A stretch of DNA of 11,913 bases. Source: Candidatus Eiseniibacteriota bacterium. GTDB lineage: Bacteria; Eisenbacteria; RBG-16-71-46. The notes below the pieces were generated by a model that was not told where the DNA came from, made no database searches, and was given only the letters and a program-made list of their open reading frames with translations. The position numbers and the translations under genes are program-made. The stretch is from NCBI GenBank assembly GCA_031366795.1, contig JANLOX010000387.1, forward strand, positions 1 to 11,913, read 5' to 3'. Within the stretch, counting starts at the first letter, position 1. Every line of letters begins with the position of its first letter. Of this stretch, positions 1-7,600 are shown in pieces.

Positions 1-90
1 CTCGTGCTTGAGCTCTTTTGTCCGGTCCTTAAGCCAGTCGGTGTCGAAGTGCTCGGCGCGAACGCGCAGGGACGTCTGGAGAGGCGACAT
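1..90 (-). CDS. 5' end of a hypothetical protein running off the left edge (MSPLQTSLRVRAEHFDTDWLKDRTKELKHE...), probably co-transcribed with mtnN
   Basis: Manual translation: ATG at 90-88 on the minus strand, GGAG Shine-Dalgarno ~8 nt upstream, 30 open codons to the edge, 54 bp downstream of the mtnN stop in the same orientation. Too short to assign a function. Confidence 0.6.
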   Translation of the reverse strand, partial: MSPLQTSLRVRAEHFDTDWLKDRTKELKHE

Positions 91-144
91 GCGAAGGGCT
101 CCGGGTCGATCGTGGGGGAGAAGACGTGTTGGAGTTCAGGCGGG

Positions 145-933
145 CTAAGGGGTCACCGTTCGGCCAAAGTCATACTCGTTTGGCGGCCGGGAGCCAAGCA
201 ACCGTTTCAGGGTGCCGTGCGCATACGTGGCCGCGATCGAACGCACAAACTCGGCGAACGCTGTGTGCGCGCCGTCGCCGGCTGCGTCGGAGATGGTGCG
301 CGCGATGCCAAACGGGATACCGTGTTCGTGGCACACTTGGGCCACGGCTGCTCCCTCCATCTCCACGCATGCGGTCGCGGGCAGCCGGCCTCGTAGCTCG
401 GCGAGTTCGCCGTCGCTCGAGAAGAACTTGTCGCCGCTGGCGATGTCACCGCGGATCGCCTGGGGCGTCGTGATGCCGAAGCGCTGCCGCATCACGAGCG
501 GGACCGCCGAGTCGAGGTCTTGCGACAGGAACGCCTGCGCAGCGATCAGCAACTCGCGTCCCAGCGACTCGTCCGCCGGGATCTCCGCCCGCCCGAGCAG
601 CGGCACTTCGTGGCGCGCGAACAGCGGCCGCGCATCCATGTCGTGTTGCACGAGCTTTGCGCCGATGACCACGTCGCCGACCCTGAGGTCGGGCAGGACA
701 GCGCCAGCCACGCCGGTGAACAGGATGCGCGTGGGTTGATGGCGCGCGATCACGTGGGCGGTCGTGGTCGCCGCGGCGACCTTGCCCCAGCGCGAGCACA
801 CGAGGACAGCCTCGTGACCCCACAACGTGCCGGTGTGGTAGGTGCGCTGGCCGGCGTCGTAACGCGCGGCATCGTGTAGTTCGGCGAGCACCGAATCCAG
901 TTCCTCACGCATCGCGCTCATGATCGCAAGCAA
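145..933 (-). CDS. mtnN: 5'-methylthioadenosine/S-adenosylhomocysteine nucleosidase (MTAN, PNP/UDP phosphorylase fold), 262 aa
   Basis: Family motifs (L)AIMSAMREE, SRWGKVAAA, LFTGVAGA, GDVVIG..LVQHDMD, IASGDKF, VEMEGAAVAQVC, RTISD. Start moved from the ORF-track 1002 to TTG at 933, which has GAAGGAG (945-939) 5 nt upstream and gives the usual N-terminus. Confidence 0.93.
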   Translation of the reverse strand: MLAIMSAMREELDSVLAELHDAARYDAGQRTYHTGTLWGHEAVLVCSRWGKVAAATTTAHVIARHQPTRILFTGVAGAVLPDLRVGDVVIGAKLVQHDMDARPLFARHEVPLLGRAEIPADESLGRELLIAAQAFLSQDLDSAVPLVMRQRFGITTPQAIRGDIASGDKFFSSDGELAELRGRLPATACVEMEGAAVAQVCHEHGIPFGIARTISDAAGDGAHTAFAEFVRSIAATYAHGTLKRLLGSRPPNEYDFGRTVTP

Positions 934-1005
934 GCGGGCTCCTTCGGTGAATGCGGTCGCGCGGTCACACAGTGGCGGACCGCCGGATCCGCAGGGGACC
1001 AAGGC

Positions 1006-1014
1006 ACGCTACCA
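1006..1014 (-). promoter_or_regulatory. Candidate extended -10 (TG-n-TAGCGT) sigma70-type promoter for mtnN
   Basis: Minus strand reads TGGTAGCGT (TGnTAnnnT) ~70 nt upstream of the TTG start. No convincing -35. Confidence 0.3.
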
Positions 1015-1107
1015 TTGGAGAGCGCTGTTACGGCACGGATCCGCTGCCCGGCGCGTGAACGCGCCGCCCCGGACCGTCGCGACCGCGGGGCCGAAGACGG
1101 TCCGATC

Positions 1108-1133
1108 GTGGAGTGTTCTCCACAATCGTGGAG
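1108..1133. promoter_or_regulatory. Candidate bEBP upstream activator sequence GTGGAG-N4-CTCCAC-N4-GTGGAG
   Basis: Three perfect hexamer half-sites at 1108, 1118 and 1128 in alternating orientation with 10-bp period. ATCGTGGAG is directly repeated at 1105 and 1125. The half-sites start 126-146 bp upstream of the -24 GG at 1254. Confidence 0.6.
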
Positions 1134-1252
1134 CGTCGCGAAACGGCGGCGTGGCCTGAACGCCCGGTGCCGCCGCCCACATCGCGGCGCCCTGCGTCCC
1201 AACATCACGCCAGTGGCACCTTTCGACCACCGATTCGTATTGAGCTGATGCG

Positions 1253-1268
1253 CGGCACGCGGCATGCA
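1253..1268 (+). promoter_or_regulatory. sigma54 (RpoN) -24/-12 promoter candidate for the beta-barrel operon
   Basis: CGGCACGCGGCATGCA: GG(1254-55)-N10-GC(1266-67) against consensus TGGCACG-N4-TTGCW. It ends ~43 nt before the ATG at 1312, which has a GGAGG SD. Confidence 0.6.
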
Positions 1269-1311
1269 GTAGGGTTGATCGTCTATGCGGCAGTCAACCT
1301 CGGAGGGTGCC

Positions 1312-1803
1312 ATGAAGCAATTCATTCGGCGTTATGCGAGCCCGCTATTGTTCACACTCGGAATCTGCATGTTGCTACCTGGCTCCGTTCATGCGGAGGG
1401 CGTGCGGGAGTCCCGCCCTAATCTCGTGGGTGGAGAAATTCTGGGGCGAGGCTTCGCGCTCACCGTGAATTATGAGCGCTTCCTCACCAACCATTTTGGC
1501 CTCGGAGCCGGCGTGATGGCCATCGGCAGTTCCAGCGGCGTCGTCGGTATCGCGCCGATGTATGTGTCGTTCCTGCCCGGCGACACGCACAGCCTCTATC
1601 TCGCTGCCGGTGCCGCCCTGGTCACGGGCTCGGGTGACCTGCACAACTACAGCAGTGCATGGGTTCTGCAGGGGTCCGTCGGCTACCAGTTCCAGTCTTC
1701 GAGCGGATTCTTCGTTCGACCGCTGTTCACGATCAATGGGTCCGCAAATGGGGATAATGGATTCGTCGTCTGGCCGGGCATGACCATCGGCGGCAGCTTT
1801 TGA
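1312..1803 (+). CDS. Exported outer-membrane beta-barrel protein (small, probably 8-stranded), 163 aa
   Basis: GGAGG at 1302-1306 before ATG 1312. Sec signal peptide MKQFIRR...LLPGSVHA|E. Alternating amphipathic strands (FALTVNYER, FGLGAGV, SLYLAAGA, GSVGYQFQ, FFVRPLF). C-terminal beta-signal GMTIGGSF. Confidence 0.78.
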   Translation: MKQFIRRYASPLLFTLGICMLLPGSVHAEGVRESRPNLVGGEILGRGFALTVNYERFLTNHFGLGAGVMAIGSSSGVVGIAPMYVSFLPGDTHSLYLAAGAALVTGSGDLHNYSSAWVLQGSVGYQFQSSSGFFVRPLFTINGSANGDNGFVVWPGMTIGGSF

Positions 1804-2567
1804 CCCCGCTCCACGGGGCAGCACGCGATCCGCTTGGATGCTCGCGCCTCCGCCGCGGCGGCGGATGGTGTGCTGTGGTCGTGCTCGTGGCATGCTTCGC
1901 TCGTCCTGCCGCCGCCAAATCCGACGAGCCGGACGCGTGGGAGGTGTGGGCCGGATCCCAGGTGCTCTTGGCGCGTCCTGCTGGCTCCTTCCACCCGCCG
2001 CATGCCGACCGAGCGATGGGCATCGGCGCGACCGCCTCGCTTGTTCCTCCCGGGCACCACGTTGGGCTGCGGTTTGAATACGGCAGTGTCGAACTCGCCA
2101 GTCACCTCAACGACATTCGCGTCCCGAACCCCAATGGTCTCTGGGTGGACAACCTGACCGTCCAAACCGGCAGCCGGTTGTCGTGGGGCATGATCGGCGC
2201 CCAGTGGGAAGCGCGCCCGAAGCAGAGCGGGTTCTACTGCTTCGCGTCGGGAGGCTTCGGCTGGGTCTCGCCAATGGAAGTGCTGGGTAACGGATACCCG
2301 CTGATCGAGGCCGATGTGCCGGGCTTGCCACCGAGTCACAGCGGCTTCGCATGGTCGGCGGGCGCGGGCTCCCGGCTGTGCATTCCGGGTCACCCACGAT
2401 TCGCACTGACGGGCGAAGTCGCCTACCGGAAGCTTGGGTCCTCCCGCTATGTCGCGTCCCCCGGTATCCAGGGTGACTTTCCTGATACACGCTATGTCGT
2501 TGCACAAGGGGCCGTCGACGCGTGGACGGCACAACTTGGCCTTGCACTCCATCACGCCCGCCATTAG
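1800..2567 (+). CDS. Putative outer-membrane beta-barrel protein; start uncertain
   Basis: TTG overlaps the upstream TGA (TTGA). Signal-like segment RLRR..WCAVVVLVACFARPAAA|K. Barrel-type strands (VGLRFEY, GMIGAQW, FYCFASGGFGW, FAWSAGAG, FALTGEVAY, WTAQLGLAL). Confidence 0.65.
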   Translation: MTPLHGAARDPLGCSRLRRGGGWCAVVVLVACFARPAAAKSDEPDAWEVWAGSQVLLARPAGSFHPPHADRAMGIGATASLVPPGHHVGLRFEYGSVELASHLNDIRVPNPNGLWVDNLTVQTGSRLSWGMIGAQWEARPKQSGFYCFASGGFGWVSPMEVLGNGYPLIEADVPGLPPSHSGFAWSAGAGSRLCIPGHPRFALTGEVAYRKLGSSRYVASPGIQGDFPDTRYVVAQGAVDAWTAQLGLALHHARH

Positions 2568-2604
2568 TTCGCGTCGGGAGCTTGCGGCCCCCGGTCTGGA
2601 ATGG

Positions 2605-3348
2605 GTGGCGGAGCTCTACCGCAAGTACGCCCCTGAGTTGGCCCGCGTGCGCGACGCACAGCGACTGCTCTACGGGACTCGCGGCAACCTGCAACTCGAG
2701 CGCGTGGCGTCGTGCCTCGGCCTCCGCGTCATGCTCGAGCGCGTGGGGCTGCCCGTGGAGTTCCAGCCCCAGCTCAAGCCGCAACTGGACGACCTCGAAG
2801 CGGAGATCAGTTACCTGTTGCTGCGTGAATTGCAGCCGGAGTCGGTGGTGGAGATTGCCCCGGACGGCGGCTGGTCCACAACCTGGCTGCTGTCGGCGCT
2901 GCGGGCTAATGGCCATGGCACGCTGCATTCGTTCGATCTCTACAATCACTGCACGCGTACCGTGCCACGGGGCCTGGCGGCGGGACGGTGGCGCTTCGTT
3001 CAAGGAGACATCCGCGACAAGCTCCATGAATTGCCGGGGCAGATCGACTACTTGTTCATGGATTGCGCACACACTGCCGGCTTTGCCCGTTGGTACCTTG
3101 GGGAACTGTTTCCCCGCCTCGAGCCCGGCACGGTGATCAGCGTGCACGACATCTTCCCCGTGCGGCGGGGCGAGTCGCACGTCGTACGGACGTGGCTGCA
3201 GGCACACCAGGTCGAATGGTTCACCGCCTCCTCGGTGGCGGCGCCCGTGATCCACAACGCCCTCCGCGATCTCAAGCGTGGCCTTGGGCTGTATGAACCC
3301 ATCCATGACTCACACAAGAACCCGATGATATTCTTTCGCTGCCCCTGA
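2605..3348 (+). CDS. Class I SAM-dependent methyltransferase (Methyltransf_24-like); start uncertain (GTG 2605, or TTG 2542/2536)
   Basis: PQLDDLEAEISYLLLRELQPESVVEIAPDGGWSTTWLL (motif I variant), GTLHSFDL (motif II), WRFVQGD, IDYLFMDCAH, ISVHDIF. The ORF-track start at 2434 overlaps the upstream gene by >130 nt and is unlikely. Confidence 0.82.
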   Translation: MAELYRKYAPELARVRDAQRLLYGTRGNLQLERVASCLGLRVMLERVGLPVEFQPQLKPQLDDLEAEISYLLLRELQPESVVEIAPDGGWSTTWLLSALRANGHGTLHSFDLYNHCTRTVPRGLAAGRWRFVQGDIRDKLHELPGQIDYLFMDCAHTAGFARWYLGELFPRLEPGTVISVHDIFPVRRGESHVVRTWLQAHQVEWFTASSVAAPVIHNALRDLKRGLGLYEPIHDSHKNPMIFFRCP

Positions 3349-3493
3349 AGAGGGAGTGTGAGCCGGCGCCTGGGACCAGACACCGGACGGGCGCGGCGAA
3401 ATGAGACTTGATTCGCCAGGATGGTCCTGACCGCATTCCGCTGGGCCGGGTGGCAGGCTGGACACCAATGCAACGCTGACGCACACTCGGGTC

Positions 3494-5065
3494 ATGCCTG
3501 CACCGACCGCGCCGTCCACGCGTGCGCTTCTGGAAGCGTTGCGTGGCGTGATCTGCCAACTCGCCGAGCCCGCGGCCGTGTTGCGCGTCATTCTCGAGCA
3601 GGCCGTGGCGCAGACGGTGGCGCAGCGGGGTCTGTTTGTGGAAGTGGCGGCAAAGGGAGATCTGTCCTACCAGGTCCTGCACGGCTGCAGCCCGCGACAT
3701 TTCCAGGGCGATGCCGGCCGCTTCAGCCGCCAGCTGTTCCTGCGGGTGATCGAATCGCGACAGCCCGTGCTGCTCGCGAATGCGCTTGAGGACGAGAGCT
3801 ATCGCGACATCGAGTCGATGCGCGCCCTGCGCGTTGCGGCCCTGTTGTGTGTGCCGATCGAAGCCGACGGCCGTGTTGCGGCATTGATTTATCTCGAGCA
3901 CCCCAATCCCGGCCACTTCACCGCCGCACACGTCACGGCACTGGCACCCCTGATCGATGTTGCGGCGCCGATTCTCGAGAGCCTGCAGGGCAGCCGCGCG
4001 ATCGCGGCCGAACGCGACGCACTGCTCGACTCCGAGACGCGCTACCGGCAGCAGGCCGAGGATGCCCGGCAGGAGCTCGCGTCCGCGTGGTCGTTCGGTC
4101 ACTACGTCGGCAGGTCGTCCGCAGTGCGTGAGCTCGAGGTGGCTGTTCGCAAGGCGGCTGCGGTGGACTTTCCCGTGCTGATTCATGGCGAAACCGGAAC
4201 CGGGAAGACGCTCGTGGCGCGCGCGCTTCACGCCTCGGGCCCGCGTGCGGCGGCGCCGATGGTCACCGTGTTCTGCCCCTCGCTCGAGAAATCGATGGTC
4301 GAGGCCGAGCTGTTCGGTCACAAGCGCGGTGCCTTCACGGGCGCGCAGACCGACCGCCAGGGCAAGGTTCAGGCCGCCGAAGGCGGCACCTTGTTCCTCG
4401 ACGAAATTGGGGAGCTCCCGCTCGAGATCCAACCGAAATTGCTGCGGCTGTTGCAGGAGCGGACGTACGAGCGGATCGGTGACCCGCAGGAACGCAGCTC
4501 GAATGCGCGCATCATCGCGGCCAGCAACCGCGACCTGGAGCAGGAGGTGCGGGCAGGACGTTTTCGCCGCGACCTGTACGAGCGGCTCGACTTCCTGCCG
4601 GTGCGCACGCCGCCGCTGCGGGAGCACCCCGAGGATATTCCCCTGTTGCTGCGACATTGCCTCGACCGGCACGAGGCCGGGCGCTGGATCGAGTTGTCTG
4701 CCGAAGCCACGGCGTTCCTGGCGGGGCTGCCCTTCGCCTGGCCGGGCAACGTGCGCCACATCGAACAGCTTGCGGCGCGCCTCACCGTCGAAGGACTGCG
4801 TGTTCCCGTGCAGGCAGAAGACCTGTCGCGCCTGCTCGGTGACCGTGCGCGGCACGGCGTGGCCGTGAACGGCGAGCCGCCGGCCACGGCGGCCGCGGAG
4901 TTGGAGCAGGGCCTCCCGCGCCTGTTGGAGGAAGCAGAGAAGGCCTGGCTCGAGGAGGCCTTGCGACGCTACCCCGATATCACTCGCGCGGCTCTGTCGG
5001 AAAAGCTGCGCATCAGCGAGTCCGCCCTCTACAAGAAACTGCGGATCTATGAACTGGGTAGCTGA
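3494..5065 (+). CDS. sigma54-dependent transcriptional activator (bEBP): N-terminal GAF, coiled linker, AAA+ domain, Fis-type HTH; 523 aa
   Basis: GAF signature (LLCVPIEADGRVAALIYLE..PGHFT), Walker A GETGTGKT (4187-4210), ELFGHKRGAFTGA (GAFTGA at 4328-4345), Walker B LFLDE (4391-4405), QPKLLRLLQ, RIIAASNRDL, GRFRRDLYERL, WPGNVR, HTH TRAALSEKLRISESALYKKLR. Confidence 0.95.
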   Translation: MPAPTAPSTRALLEALRGVICQLAEPAAVLRVILEQAVAQTVAQRGLFVEVAAKGDLSYQVLHGCSPRHFQGDAGRFSRQLFLRVIESRQPVLLANALEDESYRDIESMRALRVAALLCVPIEADGRVAALIYLEHPNPGHFTAAHVTALAPLIDVAAPILESLQGSRAIAAERDALLDSETRYRQQAEDARQELASAWSFGHYVGRSSAVRELEVAVRKAAAVDFPVLIHGETGTGKTLVARALHASGPRAAAPMVTVFCPSLEKSMVEAELFGHKRGAFTGAQTDRQGKVQAAEGGTLFLDEIGELPLEIQPKLLRLLQERTYERIGDPQERSSNARIIAASNRDLEQEVRAGRFRRDLYERLDFLPVRTPPLREHPEDIPLLLRHCLDRHEAGRWIELSAEATAFLAGLPFAWPGNVRHIEQLAARLTVEGLRVPVQAEDLSRLLGDRARHGVAVNGEPPATAAAELEQGLPRLLEEAEKAWLEEALRRYPDITRAALSEKLRISESALYKKLRIYELGS

Positions 5066-7412
5066 GCCTGGCGCGACCCTGGCGCGATACCGGTTGGTGG
5101 AGCGGCTCGGGCAGGGGGCGATGGGGGTGGTGTTCCGCGCCCACGACACCGAACTGGGCCGCGATGTCGCTCTCAAGCTGCTGCCGCCGGAGATCGTCGC
5201 GGAGTCCGCCGATCGTGCCGACCTGCTGCGCGAGGCGCGCACCGCGTCGAAGCTGAACCATCCCAACCTGTGCACGATCTACGACGCGGGTCAGGACAGC
5301 GGACAGGTGTACATCGCGATGGAGTTGGTCGACGGTAAGTCCCTCGCCTCCATCATTCCGTCGGGCGGGCTGGCGAACGAAACCGTGGTGCGCTACGCCG
5401 CTCCGGTCGCGCGTGCGCTGGCCCATGCGCATTCCCAGGGTGTGCTGCATCGCGATGTGAAGACCTCGAATATCGTCGTCGGGGCCGAAGGGCGTCCGAT
5501 CCTGGTCGACTTCGGTCTGGCGCGACCGCTCGTCCGCGAGGCGGCCGCGGACACCCGGGCGGACACGACCACCGGCGTCATCGCCGGGACGCCTCACTAC
5601 CTCGCGCCCGAACTGCTGCAGGGGGGCCGCTCGAGCGTGGCAAGTGATCTCTGGGCGTTCGGCGTGGTGCTGTATGAACTGTGCTCCGGCACCAAGCCGT
5701 TCGCCGGTCCGCATGTTGCCGGAGTGATCACCTCGATTCTGGCCGCGACGCCCGTTCCCCTGCCCGCGCACACTTCGCCCGGGCTGCGCACTCTGGTGGC
5801 GCGCTGTCTCGCCAAGGATTCGAGCCAGCGTTACGCCTCGGCCGATGAGGTCGCTGCCGCGCTTGAGGCGCTGCTGGCCGACTCGAGCGGGACGTCGATA
5901 CAAGGTGAGACGACGCAGCGCTCCTCCCACGTGTGGTGGGTTGTGGTCGGTCTGTCGGGGCTCGTCGCGGCGCTGGTGCTCGCCACTGATGCGGGTGTCT
6001 GGCGTTCCCGGTGGGTCGCCCATTGGGTGTCCGGTGGCATTCATTCCATCGCGGTGCTGCCGCTTGAGAACCGCCCGCCGGATCCCGCCCAGGAATATTT
6101 TTCAGATGGCATGACGGAACAGTTGATCGGGGACCTGGCTGAGTTGCGCGGACTGCGCGTGATTTCGCGCACGTCGATCATGCGCTTCAAGGGTACTCAC
6201 CAGCCGTTGGCGGAGATCGCCGCCGCCCTGGGTGTCGACGCCGTGGTCGAAGGCTCGGTACAGCGGGACAGCGGTACCGTGCGGATCATGGCACGGCTCA
6301 TCGATGCGCGGTCGGAGCAGCAACTGTGGTCCGGCACCTTCGATCGACCACGCCGCAACGTGCTCGCGCTGCAGAGCGAGATCGCGCAGGAGGTGACCGA
6401 GCAGATCCGCACCCGGATCAGCGGTAGCGAACGCGCCCGGCTCGCTCATTCGGACGAGGTGAATCCCGGGGCATTTGATCAGTACCTGCGTGGCCGCTAT
6501 GAGCTGGCGCGGCACGCCGCAGCGCCCGCGCTCGACCACTTCCGCCAGGCGATTGCGCTCGATCCGCTGTACGCGCGGGCCTATGCCGGCCTGGCCCACA
6601 GCTACGTTCTGGCGCATGCCGTCGGGGACAGCTCCGCCGATCGCGTGCGGGAACCCGCGTTGCGCGCCGGTGGGCGCGCCGTCGAACTCGATGCCCAGTC
6701 CGCCGAGACGTGGCTCGCGCTCGCGAATGCCCGGGCGAGGCTGGCGTGGGACTTTGCAGGAGCGGAGCAGGGGGCGCTTGAGGCGCGGCGCCTGAGTCCA
6801 GGCGATGCCGAGGCCCACCACACCTACGGCCTCGTCGCCGGCGCCCTGGGGCGGATCAATGAATGCGTGAAGGAGTTACGGTTGGCGCGTGACCTGGATC
6901 CACTGTCCGCGTACTACCAGCAGCAACTCGGCGAAGTCCTCGTCTATGCGCGCCGCAATGACGAGGCCATCACGGAACTCACCAAGTCCCTGGAGTTGTT
7001 CCCCGCCAACTCGCCGGCGCGGCACGACTTGGGTTGGGCCTATCTCGAAAGGGGGGACACACGACAAGCCATTGCCGAACTCGAGCGCGTACCGGGTCCT
7101 GATGCGATCCTGGCCTGTGCTTACGCACACGCGGGGCGCAGGACCGACGCCAGGAAGTTGCTGGCTGCGCTCGAGGGGCCTGCGGGCCAAGCGCGTGCCA
7201 AGGCCTCCGAGATCGCGCAGGTGCACGCCGCGCTCGGCGAAAAGGACGCCGCGTTCCAGTGGCTGGAACGATCCTATGCCCGGCGGGAACAGGGCTTTCT
7301 CGCCATCCCGTTTGAGCCCGAACTCGATCCTCTGCGATCCGATCCGCGCTATGCCGCGCTGGCTGCGTGGTTGCCCACAGATCCCGGGCGTACCAGCAGG
7401 GCGGCGAATTGA
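5049..7412 (+). CDS. Hanks-type Ser/Thr protein kinase with a hydrophobic/TM segment, TolB-N-like domain and C-terminal TPR repeats; 787 aa
   Basis: Kinase motifs LGQGAMGVV, VALK, HRDVKTSN, DFG, GTPHYLAPE, SDLWAFG. Hydrophobic VWWVVVGLSGLVAALVLA (5931-5984). SIAVLPLEN..QEYFSDGMTEQLI..LRVISRTS domain. TPRs (FRQAIALDPLYARAYAGLA; ARDLDPLS; SLELFPANSPARHDLG). Tail DPLRSDPRY. Overlaps the bEBP by 17 nt. Confidence 0.93.
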   Translation: MNWVAEPGATLARYRLVERLGQGAMGVVFRAHDTELGRDVALKLLPPEIVAESADRADLLREARTASKLNHPNLCTIYDAGQDSGQVYIAMELVDGKSLASIIPSGGLANETVVRYAAPVARALAHAHSQGVLHRDVKTSNIVVGAEGRPILVDFGLARPLVREAAADTRADTTTGVIAGTPHYLAPELLQGGRSSVASDLWAFGVVLYELCSGTKPFAGPHVAGVITSILAATPVPLPAHTSPGLRTLVARCLAKDSSQRYASADEVAAALEALLADSSGTSIQGETTQRSSHVWWVVVGLSGLVAALVLATDAGVWRSRWVAHWVSGGIHSIAVLPLENRPPDPAQEYFSDGMTEQLIGDLAELRGLRVISRTSIMRFKGTHQPLAEIAAALGVDAVVEGSVQRDSGTVRIMARLIDARSEQQLWSGTFDRPRRNVLALQSEIAQEVTEQIRTRISGSERARLAHSDEVNPGAFDQYLRGRYELARHAAAPALDHFRQAIALDPLYARAYAGLAHSYVLAHAVGDSSADRVREPALRAGGRAVELDAQSAETWLALANARARLAWDFAGAEQGALEARRLSPGDAEAHHTYGLVAGALGRINECVKELRLARDLDPLSAYYQQQLGEVLVYARRNDEAITELTKSLELFPANSPARHDLGWAYLERGDTRQAIAELERVPGPDAILACAYAHAGRRTDARKLLAALEGPAGQARAKASEIAQVHAALGEKDAAFQWLERSYARREQGFLAIPFEPELDPLRSDPRYAALAAWLPTDPGRTSRAAN

Positions 7413-7423
7413 TCCCCACCGAC

Positions 7424-7452
7424 GCCTGACCGGCGGACTCCCCGCCGCAGGC
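7424..7452 (+). terminator. GC-rich stem-loop just after the kinase stop (possible terminator or mRNA-stabilising hairpin)
   Basis: GCCTG-ac-CGGCGG-actcc-CCGCCG-CAGGC gives an 11-bp stem with a 2-nt bulge, starting 12 nt after TGA. No U-tract follows. Confidence 0.35.
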
Positions 7453-7457
7453 CGGCA

Positions 7458-7493
7458 CTGCGCGGTTGCGCAGGGAACTCCACGTTTGCGCAG
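7458..7493. promoter_or_regulatory. Candidate bEBP upstream activator sequence CTGCGC-N4-GCGCAG-N4-CTCCAC-N4-GCGCAG
   Basis: Four half-sites at 7458, 7468, 7478 and 7488, alternating orientation, 10-bp period. TTGCGCAG is repeated at 7466 and 7486. The half-sites start 114-144 bp upstream of the -24 GG at 7602, and CTCCAC is shared with the 1108-1133 site. Confidence 0.58.
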
Positions 7494-7600
7494 CAACGTC
7501 CCGAAATGGAGCCGTGACAGCACTGGGACCCGTGGGAAGTGATCGCATAATTCCCCGCGAATACCCACGTGCGGTGAACGGGGATCACACGCTTTCGCCG

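Noticed and set aside
1..90. Loose resemblance of LKDRTKELKHE to a quinolinate synthase (NadA) N-terminus
   Set aside because: Only 30 residues are visible and no diagnostic motif falls in the window.
1002..1018. AGGCACGC, identical to the -24 box at 7601
   Set aside because: No -12 GC at the right spacing, and it lies upstream of the putative UAS.
1105..1133. 20-bp-period repeats here and at 7466-7493 as CRISPR remnants or iterons
   Set aside because: Only two short units each, with no spacers, cas or rep genes. The geometry fits transcription-factor sites.
1020..1195. Possible SAH riboswitch upstream of mtnN (minus-strand fragments AGGGCGCCGCG, TTCAGGC, CGACGCTC, AACAGCGCTC)
   Set aside because: The P1 pairing (GAG...CAGGCUC) is missing and the fragments are better explained by a simple hairpin. 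An Rfam cmscan would be decisive.
1214..1228. TGGCAC as a sigma54 -24 box
   Set aside because: No GC at the required GG-N10-GC spacing (reads CC).
3349..3493. Promoter or terminator before the bEBP (GGCGAA...TTCGCC repeat, TTGATT)
   Set aside because: No good -24/-12 element, poor -10, short stem without U-tract. Cannot tell whether the bEBP is read through from the upstream promoter.
3272..5275. 667-aa minus-strand ORF antisense to the bEBP, plus other long antisense/alternate-frame ORFs (2107-3306, 5013-6044, 1683-2564, 4-396)
   Set aside because: Shadow ORFs expected in high-GC coding DNA. They have no recognisable motifs and overlap well-supported genes.
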